The position numbers and the translations under genes are program-made. A stretch of DNA of 61,444 nt, counting the filler, from Basidiobolus ranarum (taxonomy: Eukaryota), in the NCBI GenBank assembly GCA_040143965.1. It is 3 parts of 3 records of this genome, joined end to end, with 100 filler letters (N's around TTAATTAATTAA, not from the genome) between each part and the next. Parts side by side here need not be neighbours in the genome. Positions count along the whole stretch, not along the records: positions 1 to 20,495 come from JASJQH010000227.1; 2 more parts are not named here. The stretch is one strand, 5' to 3'. A model generated the notes under the pieces. That model was not told the origin of the DNA. It saw only the letters and a program-made list of their open reading frames with translations, and did not search any database. How positions within the stretch are numbered: position 1 is the stretch's first letter; the number at the start of each line of letters is the position of its first letter. This document shows, one piece after another, positions 1 to 9,605 of this stretch.

Positions 1-1
1 T

Positions 2-205
2 GATGACTGGGAGGCGACAGCACATCTTCAACGTCTTGAAGAAGAGGTTAGTAGACATCACCTGAGTTTCCAGAGAGACATAATAGGTGTCACCCCAACT
101 CCGAACATTTCGAGAATGGATTCCGAGATAGCGGTTCAGATTTTGCTCAGTGGAATCGATGCCCGAGTGAACGGTTACATGAGACAGCGCAGAATTAATG
201 TTTGA
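2..205 (+). CDS. 3' end of an unidentified gene running in from the window edge
   Basis: Open frame DDWEATAHLQRLEEEVSRHH...RQRRINV* ending at TGA 203-205, followed by an AT-rich tract with AATAAA; no family recognised. Confidence 0.35.
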   Translation, partial: DDWEATAHLQRLEEEVSRHHLSFQRDIIGVTPTPNISRMDSEIAVQILLSGIDARVNGYMRQRRINV

Positions 206-410
206 AGACACTAAAGAAAGTAATATGTAAATAAAATAGATGGAAAAGATCTTAAATGGTGGATTTGGTAGAGTTTTTAAGTAGTCTCGTCGATAATATC
301 TGCTCTATAAGCATCATAACGTATACAAGTTAAACTACATCAATGGAAGATAGTGCCAATTGCTGTCGATCTGGAACGATTGCTATTCTGGGTTCAGAAG
401 GCATAGCTGA

Positions 411-497
411 ATTGACAATGACTGATGAACTATTGACAATGACTGATGAACTATTGACAATGACTGATGAACTATTGACAATGACTGATGAACTATT
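411..497. repeat. 21-bp tandem repeat (ATTGACAATGACTGATGAACT) x4
   Basis: Four exact units read directly. On the minus strand they encode SSSVIVN repeats inside a broken Ser/Thr/Val-rich frame (~330-830). Confidence 0.95.
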
Positions 498-919
498 ATA
501 TACAGTTATGATCAAAAGTCTTAATACATGAATCAACTGACTTTTTATCATCAGTAGTACCCTCAGTAAACTTTTGGGAGACAGTGGCGACTTCAGTAGA
601 CTTGTGAATGACAGTGGGGACTTTAATAAGCTTAGAGATAGTAGGGACTTTAGTACTTTTTAGAGAGTTTGTAGCTACAGCATTTGGCCTGTGTGAATTG
701 GCAGTTGCTTTACTAAACCTAATTCTTCAACAAGGACTGGTACTTTATTTCAATACAAGCGCCAGATTTAGTGGTGACTTTGGTAGACTTGTGAATTTTA
801 GATGAATTTGCAGCAGCTGTAGAAATGATCCAGTGCTCTATATTTCGCGTCAGATATTAGTACCCAAAACACCTCTCCACATATTTTTTCTTTCTATACT
901 ATAAATCTAACAACAAATT

Positions 920-1076
920 GAGCAAGGTTTGGGGCTTCTTTGAAAAATCTGTATATTTGAGAACTTCCAAGTAAATTCCAAGTGAGAATAATGGGTTATA
1001 TCTTGGTGAATATAGGATACCTGAATACCAATCTATATAGGACTATATAGGTGTTTAGGCAATGCTAATTTCAACA
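920..1076 (-). mobile_element. Degenerate copia LTR fragment (family LTR-A)
   Basis: Ends ...ctatataggtgtttaggcaatgctaatttcaaca, the reverse complement of the LTR-A start TGTTGAAATTAGC; also shares gtttggggcttct and aagtaaattcc with the 40.7-41.0 kb copy. Confidence 0.85.
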
Positions 1077-2260
1077 GACTATTTTAAATTATGTTTTAGA
1101 TACGCATAGCATACCTCACCTCTACCTTCATCTGGTCATTAGTGGTATAAATGTTTCAAAAAAAGCAAAATAACCCCACTAGGAGGTCCTTTTTCCCATT
1201 GTTTTTGGTTATTATGGCAAATACCTTTAATTACTTTAATAGCAAATCTTTCTCAATACCCTTATCTTTACTTCTTTTGATGACAATAGTCTTAGGAGCT
1301 ATACCAATAACAAGATCCCAAACACTATCATAGTTTGAATGTTAACTCCATTTTTAGCTGAGTTTATAAAGATTTCCATCTTTTTCTGATTGTTTGGGTC
1401 TTTATTCTCATAATTAGCATCTTTTATTAAACTATTATAACCCACCCCCTTTGTTCTAAACTTCAACACCTTTTTCATAGCATATATTTGAGGACTATGA
1501 AAACTACCTTCGTCATTCCAACATTCTATAGACCATCTACTCAACAAACTACCAAACTATGGAACCTATAAATACCTCAGTTCCAAGTTATGGCCACTCG
1601 TAGTGTGGTGAGCAATGGACGCAAGGCACGTGATGCCTAAAAGAAAATGAGACTTTTAAAATCGGCCAACAGTCTAGTTCAAAAGTTACGCTTTATATAA
1701 CACAATCTTACTAGGAATAACGCTACATGTACTACTGTGTAAGTGATGGAGATAAGTGAATATACTTTCATATCTTAGTCAAGGTTGGCAAATATGAGTC
1801 TATACTGCTTCATTATACATTCGTGAGTGCAAATAGCGGTTATGAAGTAGTGTAATTACCCGTTCAGATTCATTTTCAATTCTGGAAATCACTTTAGTAC
1901 TGTTGTGGCCAGGGTGGGTTAGGTTAAGGGAGTATTGCCACTTTATGACCCGTACGATTAAGGTATTGTACTGGATTCTACGACTGGTTTGAAGCAGCTA
2001 TTTCAACTCTCCAAAAGAGGTAACTCCGAGTGAACGAATCGGAGCAAAGGAGATGATTTAGTACAGAAAAACACCAAACATACCACAAACATACCACGGC
2101 ACCGAGGCAAACGGCAATCAGATATGTTGTGTACAAGTTGAAATGATCTTCAAATGGAATCTTGGGTGCAATTGGCGCATAGATATAATTGGCGTACAGC
2201 AAAGGAGGAATTAATCAGATCCGAAGCCTCTACCTATAGTAAAATCTAAGATCATTCCCC

Positions 2261-2281
2261 ATCTGATAAATCATCAGATAA
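2261..2281 (+). promoter_or_regulatory. Tandem ATCWGATAA elements (SreA/Fep1/Urbs1-type iron-GATA consensus)
   Basis: ATCTGATAA 2261-2269 and ATCAGATAA 2273-2281, upstream of TATAAAA (~2336) and ATG 2387. Confidence 0.6.
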
Positions 2282-2386
2282 GCTAGGTTGCACCAAACCC
2301 AATTTAACTTAAACTACCCCTTCGATCTAGGAAGTATAAAAACCCTTGACAACTTCATAAAAAATCATCCACCTGAACCATCAACA

Positions 2387-2959
2387 ATGCATTTGACTTC
2401 TGCTCTTTTCACTGTCTTCGCTGCCACCTTGGTATCCGCTCAGACCGAGTTCCCTTTCCCACAGAATCCTGAGTGCATTGAAAAATGCAGTATGGTTAGT
2501 AAATGTATGGTCATCTTGCAGCTTAAAGTATATACTAACAAATTTAATTAACAGGCAACCGGTAGTAAGCTTGTTGATGGATTTACAGTAGACCCTAAAA
2601 GTCCCAACTTTATGAAGTCTCTTGATCTTTTCTGTGATAAGACTGGTGCCAACTACAGCAAATATATGGGTGAGGCCATGGGATGTATGGGCAATTGCCC
2701 AAAGGCTGACGTCGATACATTTATGACGAACTTCAGACCTATTTGCAACTGGTATGGTGAATTAGTTGGTAAGGATACTACCGCCGATGCATTAAATAAG
2801 CCCAAGTCATCTGCTTCCGCTAGTGATGCCACTCAAACTACTAACCCCACTCCAACTGATAAAGCTACACCACAAGCCACTAACTCCGCCGCCACTTTAC
2901 GCACTGGTGGCATGTTAGCCCTTGTTAGCCTTTTCGCCGCTGTTGTTACTCAATTTTAA
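2387..2959 (+). CDS. Secreted GPI-anchored 6-Cys protein with CFEM-like Cys spacing (2 exons)
   Basis: Signal peptide MHLTSALFTVFAATLVSA; intron 2495-2554 (GTTAGT..TACTAAC..CAG) joins the frames; Cys domain, Ser/Thr stalk, omega-like NSAA and hydrophobic tail MLALVSLFAAVVTQF. Confidence 0.88.
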
Positions 2960-3465
2960 AGCGATTTTTATATTACTGCATCAATTCATCAATATCCATA
3001 CATTACCTAATAAACGATATTTTCTAGAGTAATCATTTCCTGTTCACCTGTATTTGATTTAGTAATTTATTTTCTTTGCTACTTGGCCCTCAACTGATCT
3101 TTACGTTTTTGAGACCTTCGGAAACAATTAAACCAAAGATATGGTACGAATACTTATACCAAAAATTCTGCATAATGCACGATTGTCTCACTCAGTGAGT
3201 GCTTTTCTTACATACTGAGAAAGACTAGATTGTTCTATCTCTTTGTAGAAGAAGAGGTTTCAATTGATTTTTTCAATCCCAAGACATCTATTGATTACTA
3301 GATAATATGTACACAGTTGCATATGATTTGTGCAGTGAATCAGTGGTTTATTTAAATGTCTATTATGAAAATGTTGATAGATTTAGTCGAACTTGGATGG
3401 AATTGGTTTTTCCAAATATGTTTTAGAGAATGAATTTATGTGGTTTAGAATTAAAGAAAATCAGT

Positions 3466-4620
3466 TTAAATGCGAGCCTTCTCATCTACAACAACATGAA
3501 CGTTGCCGGAGGAGTAGTTAGGAAGAGTTTCCATAGATGGGGCTCCAGGAGTGACATTAGCCTTCTTGTTCTTCTTGCTACGACGGAATGCGAAGAAGGC
3601 AGCGGCACCGAGGAGGGCGACACCAGCGATGGAGCCAATGGTAATACCAGCAATCTTTCCTCCACTTAAACCAGCTGATTTAGCTTCCATAATGCCACCA
3701 TGAGCGTTATGACCATAGCAGTTGATGTTAGCAGATTGGACACCAAGCATAGAGCACATTTCATTGTCACCATTGATACAGGCCGCTTGAGATTGGCTAC
3801 ATTTTTTCAACATACAGATTCCGGAATGATAATCTTCCCAGTTGGCACAATCAATGCTACTAGCGGCATATTGATCGAGAGAGTTAGGAATATCACAGAA
3901 GTAGGTGTAAGTATCGTTGATACGGGCGACGAAGGGCTTAGCACTTTCGCTAGCACATGCTGAGTTGGTGGACATTTCTGGGAGGCAGTATTTGCTGTAA
4001 TGACAGCTATAACCAGGGAGGGGGCAACTCTTGCTTGAGTTACAGAAGTAAGCTGACATGCTAGTGGCAGTTTGAGGTGTAGCATTATTTAAAAGACAAA
4101 CACCATGATGGAATGTCTCCCAAGATGCACAGGCAGAGGCATCGACTGCCTGAGCATTCAGAACCTCTGGAACTTTGCAGAACTTGGTGTAGACGTCATT
4201 TACACGGGCAACAAATGCTTGTTTATCGCAATCCGAAGTGGCTTCGACTTCTGAGACACAGTACTTGTTGTCTTTACAAGTATGTCCAGCGATGGGACAG
4301 GATTTGGTGGCACTGCAAAAGTATGAGTCTACTGTTTTTGCTACAATATTAGTAGTGGGTTCCTTTAAAAGGCAGACACCTTGATGGTAACTTTCAAATG
4401 AAGCGCAACCAGAAGCATCAGTTACTTCGGCGGCAAGAGTATCGGGTACGTTACAGAATTGAGTATATACATTGCTAATACGAGCAACAAATGGAGTGGC
4501 GCAGCTTGCAGGGGTTACTTCAGCGGTACAGTACTTATTATCTTTGCAAGTAAATCCTTCACGTGTGCAGGGCTTCTGGGCATTGCAATAGTAAGCATCG
4601 GCAGTGGTAGCGAGAGACAT
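3466..4620 (-). CDS. Single-pass membrane protein with three tandem ~85-aa 8-Cys repeats
   Basis: Intronless 384-aa ORF. Repeats Y[YF]C..K.C...G..C...KYC..E....C...FVAR....YT.FC..P........C...E.[YF]H.G[VI]C; TM GLSGGKIAGITIGSIAGVALLGAAAFFAF, then RRSKKNKK; TATATAA about 90 bp upstream. Confidence 0.9.
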   Translation of the reverse strand: MSLATTADAYYCNAQKPCTREGFTCKDNKYCTAEVTPASCATPFVARISNVYTQFCNVPDTLAAEVTDASGCASFESYHQGVCLLKEPTTNIVAKTVDSYFCSATKSCPIAGHTCKDNKYCVSEVEATSDCDKQAFVARVNDVYTKFCKVPEVLNAQAVDASACASWETFHHGVCLLNNATPQTATSMSAYFCNSSKSCPLPGYSCHYSKYCLPEMSTNSACASESAKPFVARINDTYTYFCDIPNSLDQYAASSIDCANWEDYHSGICMLKKCSQSQAACINGDNEMCSMLGVQSANINCYGHNAHGGIMEAKSAGLSGGKIAGITIGSIAGVALLGAAAFFAFRRSKKNKKANVTPGAPSMETLPNYSSGNVHVVVDEKARI

Positions 4621-5180
4621 TTTTGTACAGTTTCAATTGCTTGAAAGTTGAAGAGATGGATTGCAAGATAAGATGAATTGCGAATTAACTAGAGTATGGA
4701 AGACCGAGCTTATATACGTTGGCCACCTATTTTCTTTCACAGTTAGCATGGGTATTCATAAAAAGTATCACCAAGCATTCACTCAATTCGGATATAAACT
4801 ACTTTCTCGTGGAACTATGACAACCATTGAAAAACTTTGAAAATCAAAGTGATATGGAGAGGGATTTCTAGATGAATTCGGTGACTACTAAACACGTGTT
4901 TTCGTGGGTGAGAAAGTTACAGAATTCCGATTATGATCTGCTGGCGATTCTTGCGCCAAATGCGTAGAATTGCCCCATTAGAGACGATGGGAAGGAATAT
5001 ATTTCCTATTAAGGTGATTTTCCACCTTCATCTGCTGACAAGTACTCATGCAGCAGTTGGTATTGAGGGAAAATGCTGCAAGGCATTGAATACAACATTC
5101 AATGAGACGGTAATACTACAAGTATTCTAATTTCAGGATCATTTCGTTCTATATTGGATTCATCATTTTGGGCAATCTGG

Positions 5181-5292
5181 ATCTGATAAATCAATCAGAT
5201 AATTTTCTATTTTGTATTCAGCCGTTTCATTGCTACTTTTAGTAACCTTACACAATGAAGTCTAACGAATAAGCTTAAATCAAATCTGATAA
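5181..5292 (+). promoter_or_regulatory. Three ATCWGATAA iron-GATA-type elements upstream of the Cys-repeat gene
   Basis: ATCTGATAA 5181-5189, ATCAGATAA 5194-5202, ATCTGATAA 5284-5292. Confidence 0.55.
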
Positions 5293-5425
5293 AGGGAATT
5301 TATTATAGTTCCATCTAACAACAAGCATTAAATGGCGTATTTTGTATTGAAATATTATTGAATAGCATTGAAATCTCATCATCCAGCAGCATTAATCGTT
5401 TGTAGTATTATCTAACAGTACTATT

Positions 5426-6483
5426 CTATTTTCTGTTGATTTGGAGCTTTTCCGAAGTCCAAACGTCATAATCCTTCTTGAATTTAGGATTACTTAATGA
5501 TCTAAGTAACTCTAACTTGAAACGATATCCTGAGCCATTGGAAACTGAAACCTCCTTCTTAACGCCACGGACATACTTGACCATTGTGCCCGCAAATCTC
5601 ACGAATGAAAAGTCGAAGCCAATTGGACGGGGTATGTTATGGGTCTCCACAAAGCTATCAATCTCTTTTCCAGGCTTTAGCAACGTACCTTTCATAAAAA
5701 CTGTAAGGTGATTGTAGAAAAGATAAATCAAGGGATGATCCTTGTCTTTGGATATGTAGACAGTCTTTTCTTCCCCTGTACCTTCGCTGAACATGAATGT
5801 TTCATCTCCACTAGAATTTTTGATCGCAAACCTACTATGGAAGTCATCGCTAGCTGGTAAGCTCCGAAGATTACTTCTGGTGCCACACCCACAAAATTTA
5901 TATCATTAGCCCCAATAATACCTGCAACGTGAGTACCATCGCCATCACAATCCTTTGAGTCAGCACTGGGAGCTAGATTTTGTGGATCCTCATCATATCC
6001 GTTACCAACAAAATCGTAGCCATATTGAACTCTGCAGTGTTTTCGTTTGAAATAACCTCCCAAAGCAGGATAGGTGTAATCGATTCCTGTATCGATGACA
6101 CCAACCCTACTACCAGCCCCAGTATTTTTAAGTGGCTTGTGGACTTTATCTACATCGGTCTACAAATGAAAAAATGCGATCAAGTTGGAGAGCAGAGATT
6201 GGACCAATTTTATGGGCTTCTTTTCCCCTTCTCTTTACTAGAATTACACATCCTTGGGATCCACATGAATAGACATGGTATTCATGAAATCAGTAAAAGA
6301 AATACGCTCGTTGAAAGCAATTCCCATATCATTCAGAGTAGTACGGAACTGGTGGTGTTCTTGTTCAGGAACGGATTCGCTACTAGATGCATTGAATTCT
6401 ACGATAAAAGCCTTTAATAGAATACTCTTATTCTTCTTGATGAACTTCGGAAATGAACCTTTTGTGAAAATTTTCCCGCCCAT
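5426..6483 (-). pseudogene. Subtilisin (peptidase S8) pseudogene
   Basis: Prodomain-like FIVEF..., Asp motif RVGVIDTGIDY, GYDFVG, and DCDGDGTHVAGII (catalytic His replaced by Asp). No GTSMA Ser motif; frameshifts and large deletions. Confidence 0.88.
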
Positions 6484-6855
6484 GAATGGCGTCGGCCATT
6501 ATCAACGCCGATAGCATAACAAGTGTTGAAACTTCCTAGTCAATTGTGCAGACCTAGGTTGTGAACTGAATATTTTAACTATTTCGAAACTAGTTAATTT
6601 CATATATATTTTTCATAAAGCAGTACTCACTTCAATTTTGGGTAAGTTTCAGAAAAAAACAACGGTTCAAGGCACATAGCTCCTTCATGCTCAAAAGGGA
6701 GGAAAGGATACTCGAATGAAGCAATAAATGATCACAGCATACGATGCAAACACTTTATCCTAATGCAAGGACATGATTCCTAAAGGAGAAATACCTTTTC
6801 GTATGTATTTCGCCGATTCTTTACTTTTTCTACAGAAGGATTTACTTGTTAAATA

Positions 6856-6872
6856 ATCTGATAATCTGATAA
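6856..6872 (+). promoter_or_regulatory. Two overlapping ATCTGATAA elements
   Basis: ATCTGATAATCTGATAA read directly, between the subtilisin and chitinase relics. Confidence 0.4.
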
Positions 6873-7216
6873 TATAGAAACTGAATAGTGGTACGAGCGA
6901 ATCCTTTGACGGAATGCGTAGCATGTGTAACGTTGGTGGTGGTACGTGATACGGCATTCGGTCGAGATTTATATTTGGTTGGGTTAACATGACATCACTG
7001 GATTTACCAATTAATCAACGTTTCCATGCAAATATTGATATGATTTACTGGCTCTGCTGGCATTTAGATTCCGATCAATTGAAAGCGGAATAATGGTTGC
7101 GAATAGAAAACTCTTACCAAGTATAGCCAGGAATAGCCGTGGAAAGAGTTCTAGCTTTACTAGAGATCTCCTCTACTCAAATGACCTACATCATTAAATA
7201 TCCTCTTAGCAAACCT

Positions 7217-7595
7217 GAGACTACCAATGCTCTAACTATGATCACTAAAGCTGGAATGAATTCTAATAAGTTCTTAATGAATGTAGCTAGTTATAGTCAA
7301 ACGTTCTGGTAGGGTGATTCTAATGATGGACCTACTTGTACTTTGACCAGTATAGGAGCTACTCCTGGCAGATGTACTAAAAAAAGTAGTTATCTAGTGT
7401 ATGGAGTAATTTAGGCAATCATTAATTGCTGGCAATATTGAAAATTTTATTATATTAGTGCTAGGGGAAGTGATATATTTTTCTATGTCACTAATGACTG
7501 GATTGCTTGCACTAATGGAAGTACTATGAACAGTAGATACCAAATGGCTAGAAGTATGAGTAACAAATACTGTAGAGTGGGCACTAAATTTAACA
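7217..7595 (+). pseudogene. GH18 chitinase pseudogene, subgroup C (killer-toxin-alpha-like) catalytic C-half
   Basis: ETTNALTMITKAGMNSNKFLMNVASYSQTF*...GPTCTLT..ATPGRCT..SYL, then SDIFFYVTNDWIA and TVEWALNL; in-frame stops and frameshifts. Confidence 0.75.
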
Positions 7596-8118
7596 GTTAA
7601 CACATTGAGTGGAATAGATAAAAGCGATGATACAACTTAATATACTGATAATTATTCATTACTAAAGATTGACCTAATAATAACCAACTTTAGATGAAGG
7701 GATGAAGTTAAGTTCAGATTGTATGTTTTATGGATAATGACAAGCATTATGGCATATCAGCCAAGATAGTGTAAATAGTTATAATGCTATGATTACTGGT
7801 AATTACACAAATATGTACTCCAAGAGAATCTTCCTTATGCTAAAGATAATGCTGAGAAAGAATATGTTAAATAACCAAAGAATTCACAAGGTACATGTGT
7901 ATGCTATGACCTCAGGCACTTTCAATTTCTCTTACAGTTATGGTACTGAAACAAAAAAGAATCCTATTCGATATGATCAATTTGCTGGTCTAGATTACAT
8001 TAGCAGCTTCAGAATTCAAATTTGAGAGTTTCACTGTTCCTATTTAAATGGGGCTTTGACTCTGTAAGCGAAGATTCTGTTATCATTTTCGTTGAAGCAT
8101 GAATTTACTGCCGATTTT

Positions 8119-8216
8119 GCTATTATTATTATTGCTATTATTATTATTGCTATTATTATTATTGCTATTATTATTATTGCTATTATTATTATTGCTATTA
8201 TTATTATTGCTATTAT
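8119..8216. repeat. 15-bp minisatellite (GCTATTATTATTATT) x ~6.5
   Basis: Read directly. Confidence 0.95.
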
Positions 8217-8844
8217 CGTTGACTCCCTCCTAACCTCCAGTTGACAAATTGATGATGTTTTTACAAACAATGAGGCATATTTATGCCATGGGTCAAAGCA
8301 TGCGTGATAAATGTTCGATGATCCTAATTAAACTGGCATTATGCAATAATTATTGAGGTATCGGGCTGCAAATCTCTCTGCTTCAAATGACAAAAATTCT
8401 GATATTGATAATCATATGTTTGGAGGATGAAGTGTCCAATGGCTGCAAACTACTTGTACAAATATTGAATCCTTCCCTTCATCTTGATGACGTTTTAACA
8501 AACAATGATGTAAATACATCATTTATGCCTTCCCTCTTCCATATAGAGACAAAGAGATAAACACGCTATAAGTTCTAGTTGATTAAATGTGCACAGTTGC
8601 CCTTATACTCTGGATGCGTTCATACCAGCTGAATCAAGTACTAACCAAACCAATGAATTTGTAATCATAAGTTTCTCTTCCTTGAGGTACTTCCTTGAAT
8701 CTTGGATATAGATTTTCCCTTTTTGAGGTGATACTTTTTCATATGACTCCTTTAATCGTGATTCCAATAGTTATGTTGTTTATTCAAGTTATTGACGAGA
8801 AGGTTGGAGATTTCCAAAAGTTACATGTGAATCTGTGTCGTAAC

Positions 8845-9605
8845 TTATATTGCTTTAATCTTGTCTTGTATTTCCTGAGGTAAAGGTGCCAAATATTGCT
8901 CCATTCTTTGTGTTATCTCTGCGGTGTCATTAACATGAGGGAAGGGTTCATCTGGGATTGGCTTACCTAAGAATTTGCAGAGCGGCTCCCAACCTTCCTT
9001 CACTTCAAACACTAGCAATTTCTCCGCAGGAATGAGCCTCTTCACCTCTTCTATATGGCGCTTAAAGTTCTCAATCACCCACTCCTTGTCATGAAAGCGG
9101 CCTTGGAAGCAGCCCGTTGGCCCCCAGACCGTTGCATTAACTACGTCATTCATGCCAAATAATTCTTTATTGGTATCACTCATCTCCAGATATTCCCAGA
9201 CCTTTTGAAATTTGTAGATAGTATCGTTACAACTCTTGTACCATTTCTCAGGATCTCGGACTGTCAAGAGAACTTTAGCATTTGGGTATTTCTCAACCAA
9301 ATCCTTATACCACCAGAAGGACGGACAATCTACAGATGCTGTGTAGTTCTCAAATATTTTATCCCAATTGGGCTCTTTGCCTATTTGAAATAAGAGGATA
9401 TTAGAATGGTTGTTGATGTCTAGCAAATATGAAATATACCTTCGGCAACGTCTACCCAGAGAGGGACTTGAACGGTAGCATTTTTACGTACCTCAATCAT
9501 ATGGTGGGTTTTATAGCCAAGCTTATCCAAAGCAGTTTTTATGGACAAAGTTCCAGTGCGGCAGAAGCCAGCGCCAATGATTTGAAGTTCGTTTGGATTT
9601 GTCAT
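8845..9605 (-). CDS. P-loop sulfotransferase-family protein (Sulfotransfer_4 type), 2 exons
   Basis: LQIIGAGFCRTGTLSIKTALDKLG..HHM; VDCP, KYPNAKVLLTVRDPEKWYKS, EGWEPLCKFLG.PIPDEPFPHVN; intron 9381-9439. Confidence 0.92.

Noticed and set aside
411-497. 21-bp direct repeats as a CRISPR array
   Set aside because: Units are head-to-tail with no spacers, in a eukaryotic context; this is a simple minisatellite
330-830. Ser/Thr-rich cell-wall gene on the minus strand
   Set aside because: Frames are broken by stops and no start or signal was found; at most a relic
1080-1560. Copia internal-region remnant (EKDGNLYKL, SVWDLV)
   Set aside because: Too degenerate to assign by eye
8040-8270. ORF with poly-(IIIIA) resembling a TM peptide
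   Set aside because: Artifact of the 15-bp minisatellite
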